Program-made: the position numbers and the translations under genes | Notes under the pieces: model-generated | What the model was told of the DNA's origin: nothing | What the model saw: only the letters and a program-made list of their open reading frames with translations | The model's database searches: none | Virus record (IMG/VR): IMGVR_UViG_3300037296_000046 | Coordinates: 1-64,000 of that record | Reading direction: 5' to 3' (one strand) | Origin: a virus | Length of the DNA: 64,000 nucleotides | Part shown: one piece after another, positions 46,605 through 56,300 of the stretch | Layout: each line of letters opens with the position of its first letter | Position numbering within the stretch: position 1 is the first letter of the stretch

Positions 46605-46790
46605 ATGGGGAACGCCAAGGCGATAATTCAAGCTGTAGTGGCATTGGTTATCATCTTGGCGATAGGGGTGGCTATATCTTTTGCAGCTACACTTATCGCT
46701 ATTTTGGTAGTCCCTGCATTGATATTTGGAGCACTGTTCCTCATATTCAAATTGATGAACGACGACACAGAAACGAAGCCTCCAGAGTAA
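46605..46790 (+). CDS. Small membrane protein
   Basis: 61 aa, nearly entirely hydrophobic. Confidence 0.7.
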   Translation: MGNAKAIIQAVVALVIILAIGVAISFAATLIAILVVPALIFGALFLIFKLMNDDTETKPPE

Positions 46791-46805
46791 TCTGGGGGCT
46801 TTTTT
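46777..46805 (+). terminator. Rho-independent terminator
   Basis: AAGCCTCCAGA-GTAA-TCTGGGGGCTTTTTT. Confidence 0.75.
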
Positions 46806-46819
46806 ATTAGGAGAATATC

Positions 46820-47278
46820 TTGAATAGACCAGTAACAAGGTTCATTTCATATGGTCAGCCTATCATGGATTATGAAGGACAAAACATGATAGCCTTCTGG
46901 GCTATGAATAAACAAACAGAAAATCAACGATTAGCCTTTATGTCTTCTGATTCTATATTAGGAGCCAAGACCTACAGTGCCTCAATAGATGAAGCAGAGC
47001 TAAACTCTACTTCACGAATCCTGACTGTAGAGGAACGAAATGGTATTTGGTATGCTGGATACCAGACAGTGCAGAAAGACTTTGAACAGCATCCATGGTT
47101 CATAGTCTCACCATTGACCGGACCACATTCCCTACATGATGCTGCTATGATGATCCTGAATGATCACCATTTCAAAAACTTCTTTGGTGCATCTTCAGGT
47201 ATGCCCCAAATAGATAATGTCTATGCTCGCTTTGAACATTACACCAAGCATTTGGATGCTAGAAAACGTGGACGTTAA
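46820..47278 (+). CDS. Hypothetical protein
   Basis: AGGAG RBS before TTG; 152 aa; last + strand gene. Confidence 0.65.
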   Translation: MNRPVTRFISYGQPIMDYEGQNMIAFWAMNKQTENQRLAFMSSDSILGAKTYSASIDEAELNSTSRILTVEERNGIWYAGYQTVQKDFEQHPWFIVSPLTGPHSLHDAAMMILNDHHFKNFFGASSGMPQIDNVYARFEHYTKHLDARKRGR

Positions 47279-47318
47279 AAACAAAAACCCTACCAGCATC
47301 ACCACACTGGTAGGGTTT
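47277..47318 (-). terminator. Terminator of the late (vRNAP) transcript
   Basis: Minus strand AAACCCTACCAG-loop-CTGGTAGGGTTTTTGTTTT between convergent genes. Confidence 0.75.
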
Positions 47319-47360
47319 CAGGAAAGATATGCACGATGCCAACTGCATGGCTCATGTATA

Positions 47361-50300
47361 TCAGCTTGACAGGTTAATCCAAGGGTTAAGTGATGGGAAC
47401 GACCACAACATGTCCCAGCCCACAGAGTAGCCCAGACGATCACTCAGCCACACAGCCATGAAGTTATCCGTCACTGGGGAGCCAAGGTCCAGACCAGCCA
47501 TGCCAACGCCTGTTGTGAGCATCATGGTACGCAGTGGGTTCTCACGAGCCATAGCCAGAGCAGTCTTCATTATCCGAAGTTTAAAGTTCCAGAACCAAGT
47601 GAGGCCAATGCTCTCAGAGTAGGAACGGGTACGGCCCGGATTGATGTTAAAGTTCACAAACTCATTGGAAACCTTATCCATTGCATCCTGTGGTGACAGC
47701 TTATCCGTATCTAGGATATGCTGATACATGATCGCTTTACCCAAGAAGTCACCATACTGAACAGCACGGCTCATACCCTGATACAATGACGTGTTTGGTT
47801 CAACCAAAGCGTTATCATAGATGGCTTTACCAGTGTCATTCAGTTCCACTTTGAACTTCTTGCTGACCTTTTCTACCTGATCCTTGATCCAATCCACATA
47901 CCCACCATTGGTTAGGCTCTCATCAAGCTCAGTCATACCCTCAGAGATGGTCGAGAACTCACCAGCGGCAAGCAGTGGTGCAATGCTCAGACGACGCTCA
48001 GCGTCGAGCACAGCCTCTCTACGGGCATTGAGCTTACGCAGCTTGTTGGTGTCACCACCAGCAGCGTTAATCTCTGTGTCGATCAGCTTTAGTTTCTTCT
48101 GGTTACGAATGTGGGCAGTGATTTCCACAATCACCTTACGCATACCTTTGAAGATGTCACGATATGGGACACCACGGCTGGCAAGCTGTTGGATGTTCGA
48201 TGCGATGTTGATCGAAGGAACCACCACAGACCGGATCACGATCCAATCCTTAGCTGTACTGACAGCAGTTTGCAGTGCTTTCTCACCAGTCACGATGTAC
48301 CGGAAGCTATCCATACCGAAGAAGTCAGAGATTTCCTTAGAAAACTTCTCAGACCATTCCTTTGGCACACGGGTTGCACCAGTCCACAGATCACCAACAC
48401 TAGGATTACGATACCCTAGAGCGTTGTTGATAAGGTCTTCACGGACCATGAAGCCACCATTCTCACCATACACTTTGGCGATATAAGCCTTAGTAGCAGG
48501 TGGGATTGTACCCCAAGTGTCCTTCCAAACCTTGTCACTGGAAGCTGAGATGTCGATATACTCCCGTTCACGATTGGTCTTCTTGTCTTCAATCCAACGC
48601 TCATGCAGGCGATCTACAAGAGCCTGATTGAATTGCTGAGCCATGGATTCCTCTGACTGACGACCAGCCCAAGCACCCATCATTTCGATGAGGTTCTCTT
48701 TACGGTTCAAAGTGGTAGCCACTTCTGGATCAACAGAACGCTCATAACCAATCACATCACCCTTGTCATTGAAGATTGGCAAGAGGCTCTCATTAGGGTT
48801 GTTCTCAGCATTATTGCCAAGACCCTGACGCTTGCTGATCCATTTGGTCACAGCACCGACTGTATCACCACCATATGAGCCAGACACGAGGATGCCACTG
48901 GTTGTACGACCCGTCATAGGATCGACACCAAAGTAGCTATCCTGAACCGTTTGCATCACGCCTTGAAGGTAGGAAGATTTCCCCGATACCGTGGAAAAAT
49001 AGTACCCTTTACGAGTGCGATCAATGCTACGACCTTCCCCCACATAATCCTTTACCCGAATGAAGCCCTGACGGATCATCTTTTCGTGGTCCGAATCATC
49101 TGCAATTGTCAGCTTCACACCGTCCTGTGCCTCATGTGGAATGAAGCCATGGTAAGCATTGAGCTTAGCAGTCAGCATCTTGCCATTCTCTTTCTTGCTT
49201 TCAGCAAGGCTTTGAGCAGCAACAGTAAGCATCATGAAGCTAAGAGCATCATAATCTTCTTCTGCCAGACGCTTCATGGTGTCTTTAGCAACTTGCTCTT
49301 GGCCTTCCATACCATAGAGAGTGACCAATTCACGGATGGCTTTCACCATGTCAGCTTTAGGAACACCGATCTTATCAGTGGTATTCAGCAGACGGGCAAT
49401 TGCATCAGCGTTGCGAAGCAGGTTGTCACCAGCAATGCCAGTCACGTTGAACTTAGCTAACTGCTTGGATTTGCTGATATATTGAGCACCTTTAGGGTGC
49501 TTACCAATCTCAGTTTCCAGCTTCTTAATACGATCTAGCAGCTTGCTCTCATCAGTGAACATGTCAATGATCTGAGAAACCTTCAAAGAACCTACGTTTG
49601 CAATGCCAGTCTTACCAATAGCTTGGAACAAGTGCTTGTGCTCTTGCTCAGTCAGCTTAGTCTTAAACTTGCTATTCAGGATCACTGGCAGGTCAATACG
49701 ATAGTGTTGACGCTGAGCAGACACCTTAGCTTTCACGATATTAAGCATACGCAGGACTGCTTTATTCTCATCAGTCATACCAATAACTTCGATGAGGATT
49801 TCCTTCATCGGAATTACATGGGTGTTCTTATTCTGGTTAGCAAAAGCAATGGCAGCATCAGCCAATGCAGCACCACGAGTTTGGCTCATGATACCAGACA
49901 TTAAGTTCATGCTCTGGAAAGCAGCACGCTTCAGCTTGTTCGTTTCACCCTTCAGGCTCTTGTCAGCAAAGCTACCCAGACGCTCACCATTACGGTCCAT
50001 GAACTTAGAGATGCGTGCATCTCCTGCTTCAGCAAGCCCCTGTACGGTGTTCTCAAGCAGAGTGTTGGTATCAACCTCAATGGCACCCAGTGTCTCTGTC
50101 AGGTTGTCCAGAGCCTCTTGTACGTTGCTGTTCTTGGCTCCTTCATTCTTGATGCTGACACTCAGCAGATCGACAAAGGAGTTACCCAAAGAGTCCACAG
50201 CTTTATCCATAGAGGAGAAATCTAGCTGGGCAGCTTTAGGTATAGCCTTACGAGCCAAGACCTCACGGAAGCCTTCATCCGTTTGGTTCAGAGCCAAGAA

Positions 50301-53300
50301 CGAGGACAGCAGCGACGAGTTACCCTGTGCATCCTTGAAGATACCATTGCCACCAGTGAGGGTTTGAAACTTCTTGTTAGCCTCAACCCACTCGCTAGGA
50401 GCGTTGTTCTGAGGGTCTTCCATCTCAGGGTTCTCTAGGAAGTCAGCAGGTGTCAGGTCTTCCATGACCAGATCGTAGAGCTTCTGAGCACGAACCAGAG
50501 CCAAGCTATCCATCTTCATCACTGTGGCCATAGCCGTGGTGACGCTCATGAAGGTTTGACGCTGCAAGGCATCCATAGGGAAGCCATTGCTGGCAAATGC
50601 AGCAGCAGTGTTTGAAGCCAGAATGGCACCCTTCACATCAGCAAATTCTGTGTTCTCATAGATGAATGGATCAACGATGCTCTCACGGGTCAGGATACTG
50701 GCCACCTTCTCATCAAAGCGTTGTGCCACAGCCTTCAGGCGTGACTTGCTAGATGGGAAAGACTGGTTCAACCGAACCACAGCAGGGACATTGTAGGTAT
50801 ACCCATTGTCATCATTCAGCACCAATTGAGTGTTGAACAGGACGTTGGAGAAGATGTCACCCTTATTGGAGCCAAACAAACGAGCCATCAGGGTTTTAAC
50901 CTTCTTGGTCAGTTGGGTCAGCACGTTCATATTACGCGATTCTTTAGCCAGCTTGATGAGGTTCTGGTTGGTCAGTGTCCAAGCCATGTACTCATTCAAT
51001 GCACCAGCTTGAGCCAGAGCACCAAGTTTGCTTTCCTTAGATTTCCATTTCTGGATTTGAGCCTTAGCGTTATCAGCCACTTCCTGCATCTGAGGAGTGT
51101 CATATGTCATATCCGAATTCATGAAGTCATTCATGAAAGCCTCAAGACGCTTCACAGCATCCTGTGCAGCAGGCTTCAAGGTATTCTGGTTCATGTAGTA
51201 GGAATAGATTTTCTGGAACGTAGCAGCGTGAACAGCTTCGTGCATGGCAGTCTCAGCAGACTGGTTTGCTACATAGACGATGTTGTTGTCAAAGTCGATT
51301 TGTCCCTTAGAAATCCGGGACTTAGCAGCACCTTTGATCGGCATAAGATCACGATACTCAGTCAAATCCTTGGCAGAACCAAAGGCAAAGGTCATCCCCT
51401 TTGGCATGTTGCCCTTCATAGTGGACAGCAGGATTTTAAGATCATCGCTTAGGTTTGGATCATTCTCCATCATAGTGATGTAGGTTTCACCATCCATAAC
51501 AGTCATGCCCATGCCTTCAATCTCTTGGCCATACTTTTTGACCAATGCTTTGAAAGGCTTATTCTGCTTTTCTACTTTATCACCTTCATCTGTAATACGC
51601 TCATACGCCTCACGAGTACGCTTATTAAGCTCATCAACGATGTCACCCTCAATAAGATCACCTTCATGGGTATAGGCAGATTCAGCAGAAGCCATGTGGT
51701 CAGTAGAAGACAGAATTGAACTCATAGCCTCAATGCGTGCATCACGCTTATTGGACATAGTATTCAGGTTCTTATGAACCGATTTCATCATGATACCCAA
51801 GGTGGTACGAGCATCAAGAGTATCCTCATATGGACTAACCAGCTTGAAGATTTCATGCACTACATCATCACTGAATTCGGCCAGTGGGTCCAACCGCATG
51901 AAGGCATTGAAGCTGTTCGACACAGGACGGATAGCATTGATCTGCCAGCCCTCAAACGAGGCTTGGTTCATGTCCTGAGACACCTTGTCCATCTCATCGG
52001 CAGCAGCTTCCTGACCGTCAAAGACAGGCAGTGTACGGATGCTATAATCAATCATCTGGTAGTAGATGTTCATCATGTTCGCATCACCACGAGAGATGGT
52101 CAGAGAAGGCGAAATACGGACACCAGCAATGGATGGAGACTGGATGCTAGAGGCACCAGCCAGCTTGTCATCCATTGTCGTAGCCAGTGTGTATTCGCTC
52201 TCACCCTTACGGGCTGAACCAACGTCGATGGGTTGGAAGTCATCACCAATCACTGCACCGTAGGGCATCAATTCACGATAGATGGCACCCAATTCTGCAT
52301 CACTAAGGAAGTCAGCATTAGCATTGCCTTCTTCCTGACGGATTTCTTCCAGACGTTCAGCTACACGAGCATTGAACATTTTGATCATCACAGCAGACTG
52401 GATTTGAGTAGCCTTCTGAAGCATCTCAGTTGTCAGACTGGTTTCACCCATCAGCTTATCAATAGAGTTACCCATTGGATCAACCAACAAAATGCGGATG
52501 TTGTTCTTAGCATTTTCAAACTGCTTACCAGAGAAGGTAAAACCTACTTTATCACTGAAAGCTAAGTCACCTACTGGGGCATCATCTAACCAGTATTTGC
52601 CTTTCTTAGTGATACGGATTTTACCATCGAACAACAACCGGATGTCATCTTCAAACTTGGTTTCACCTTCAGCGTATTCATCCTCGAATACAGCATCTTC
52701 ATCCAGCTTGATAAAGTAATCACTGATATTGGACTGATTACCCTGCATGTCATTAGTCATGGATTCGTAGATCATTTCCATCATGGCATTGGTGACGTTA
52801 GAAGCAATACCATCCTGACCAGAACCATATACGGTAATGGTAAGTGGGTTCTTCAGAACACCCCGGCCAATCTCATATTCACCACTATCTTCGTTAAACT
52901 TCAGTTCACCGAATTTGCTCAGAAGACGCATCATAGCATCAAAGCGATCAATGACTTCTTCATTGCCTTGCTGACGTAGCTTAATGCTTAGGTCACTCAA
53001 TTCACGCTTCAGGTCTTGTGCAGCTTCGTCATACAGGTCTTCTGATTCACCCTCTGCACGGTTTTGGTAATGATCATTCAGCGTCTTATCACGGACGTTT
53101 GCAAACCAACCACCTTTAGCCAACAGACGCAATTGCTCTGCGGTAAAGGCACCAGTCACATAGTGCATCATAGCGTTGATTGGACCGTCAGTTTTACCGT
53201 CAGCCTCCAAGGAAAGCATGTGCTCAAACTCAGTGATTTCAGTGAAGTCCTGAGAAGCCAGTGCATAGTTCAGCTTGGCTACAGCCAGCAGGGAGTGCAT

Positions 53301-56300
53301 CAGTTTGGCAGAGCCACCCTGACCAATCTCAGCCTTCATTGCCTCAATCTCACTAGGCAGCATTTGCTCATCTGCACGGCCAGTCTCACGGCTACGAGCA
53401 TACCATTGAACCATGGCTTCTAGGGATTCCCCATATTTCTTATTCAACTTATCCTGTACTGTTTCAATGCTAACAGAACGGAATTGATATTCTGTTTTTA
53501 CAATCCCAGAGGATTGAGCAACAGTCATCCAGAACAATTGCTGATCTTCAGGCTTGCTCATATCCAGTTTGGATACAGTAGCAATGAAAGCCTCACGAGC
53601 AATCTTATCGGACTGAGGACCAAAGCCTTCCATATGGTGACGGCCAACCTTGGTGATGTACCAGTTGTAATAGCTAGGTGTCTGATTTGCATCAGCACCA
53701 TTTTCCAAAGCCCATTCCTTAACTCGTGCATCATGATCCATGACACCATCAAAACCATTACGCAGGGAAGTATTCTTACCTACGATGGATTCCAAATGGT
53801 TCTTGTTAGTCAGGGTATCATCTTCAGATTTAGAGCCAAGAAGGAATTCAAATTCCTGCTTACCAATAGCCTGCATCATCCCCAAGAATGGGGAGTTACG
53901 CATAAAGGCAATGTTCTGCAAAGCCTTCAGGGTCTTTTGCTCATAGTCTGTGATGTCGATGTACTTGTTATTCTTCTGGGTCTTAGGCAGAGCAGTATGC
54001 TTGGAGCCAATACGAACCTTAGTATCAGACTTCTCCTCGAAGCTCATATCCTCAAACATAGAGATTGCAGGACCAACCTCCTCTTTGATGTTAGCCACCA
54101 AAGGAGTTTTGCCAGAGATACTCAGCATCTCAATGGTGACATCCTTGCCACCAATCTCACGGACGATCTGGAATTTCTTACGAGTAAAGAAGCCAGATTT
54201 AGAATCCTTCTCTACATACCCACTGTCATTGTAGTTACCGTCTTTATCTTTGCTACGCTTGTTAGCAAGAATTTCCTGATCATTGGTCATCACCATGAAC
54301 AGTTCAGCACCTAGGGCTTCTGCAAGACCCTGAGTGTTGGACAGCGATTGCTTGCTATCAACCTTAACACCCCAGAAGCGCATGATTTCACGACCCATTT
54401 CCTCACGGATTTGCTCGCTAGGTTTACCGAAGTTGAAAGCATTGACCTCATTCTGTGTGATGTTACCTTCCTCTAAGCCCATGATTTCAGCGATGTCTTT
54501 CCGTGATTTGAACGGAGCATCGAATGTAGTCATGGCATAGTGCATGGCAGCAATCACAGCAGTCTCAACCAACCGCTTGTCGTATTTCTGGGTCTTCATA
54601 TCTACCAGAGACAGAGCCAGACCACGGCGCATATCTAGGACCGAAGCACCAGCTTTGGACTTCTGACCCTCAAGATCATTGAGGGCATCCAGCATAGATA
54701 CACCCTTAGTAAACATGACTGTTTTCAGACGCTCGTTCACGTTCTTAACAATCTCAGGTGCAGAGATTTCCATCAGTTCTTGGAAAGCCATAGTACGCTT
54801 ACGGTTGATCCGATATTCCGTAGGATTACGCATGAAGTCCTTGATAGCATCATCACCTTTATTGATGACAGCCATCAGATCAGTCAGTGGAGACAGCAGA
54901 TCAGCGATCTTAGATTTGTCTTTCACACGGGTCAGAGCAGAGACAAAGCGGTTCAGCTTACCCGGAACAGCAGCCAGATTTGGGTTCATTTCCGTAGCTG
55001 GATCGACTGGCTCAACAGCTTCCTCTACCTCTGCTTCCACAGGAGCATTAGCAGCCTTCTCAGCAGCTTCCATGGCATCAGCTTCACTCAGGTTCAGCAG
55101 AGCATCCTCAGCCTCAATCTGAGCGTCCTTGAGGCCAGTACCAGCCTTAACGGGTCGAGCAGGAGCCACAGGTTCAGCAACAGTTTCCACAGCCTCTACA
55201 GGCTTCTTGGCAGCTTCTTCAAAGGCAGTAGCCTCAGACATCTCAGCAATACGCTTTTCTTCAGCGATCACATCGGCTTCTGCTTTAGCTTTACGAGCAG
55301 CTTCCTCAGCAATGTCAGCCTCTAAGGCAGCAGTCTCTAGAGCCTGTTCAGCAAGACGAGCATCTTCAGCTTCGATCAAGACATCCTTCATAGATGCTTT
55401 GCCCGTAGGTGCAGCAGGAGCTTCAGGTGTCTTAGGCTTAGGTGGAACCACCACAGCTTCAGGTGCAGCCTCATCCGACTTGGTACGCTTGCCAAATACA
55501 GGAGCCAAGGCAACCTTCTCAATCTTGGTCCCACCCAATTCAGGGTAGGTTTCGACCACATCATTATACAGGTCGATTGCCAAGTTTGTATCACTCTCAA
55601 CCAGACGAGCAGTGCTCACATGGTTAGGATTGGTAGGCTGACTATATGCTTCACCATACAGTTCTTTATCTTCATTCATTTCCAATGGCTTGAAGATGTT
55701 CACAGTCTGGTAGAATTGCTTGTTGTCCTTGCTACGATCACTGGACGAGATACCAGCAGATTCGTTGTAGGCGTTCAGCTTGTTGATCTGGTGCTGTACG
55801 AAATTGCCAAGGATTTGTAGTTGCTCAGGAGCAGTACGGTCTTCACCGTTTTGATCTACAGATGTACCCTTGTTCACAGCATTTGTGATGTTGATCAGGT
55901 GCTTGCTCAAGGATGGCAGGGTAATAGATGTACCATTGCTAAGACGTAGCTTGTAGTCTTTGGCGATGATTTCTTGACGTACATCCTTGAAATTCTTACC
56001 ATTTTTGAGTTTGGTTTCTTCCTCACGGCCTTGGTTCTGAGACTCGATACGTTCTTCTTCGATGTCTACACGATCCTGAGCAGCCTTGCTGGCGTTCTCT
56101 GAGAAGTTGGCAGCAGTCTTCAGCTTCTTCTTACGAGGCTCATTGTAGGTTGCGTCACCATCGTCTTCTTGATCCAGAACCACACGAGCAAACTCAGGGT
56201 TCACACCACCGGGATTTACATCTGCTACGGCATCAACACGAGCTACGGAGCTAGGAGTGACTTCAGGTGCAGGGGCAGCACTGTCATCAATCTGAGCCAA

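Noticed and set aside
19406-46838. Minus-strand ORFs opposite the middle/replication genes
   Set aside because: Fully overlap well-supported + strand genes; no independent signals
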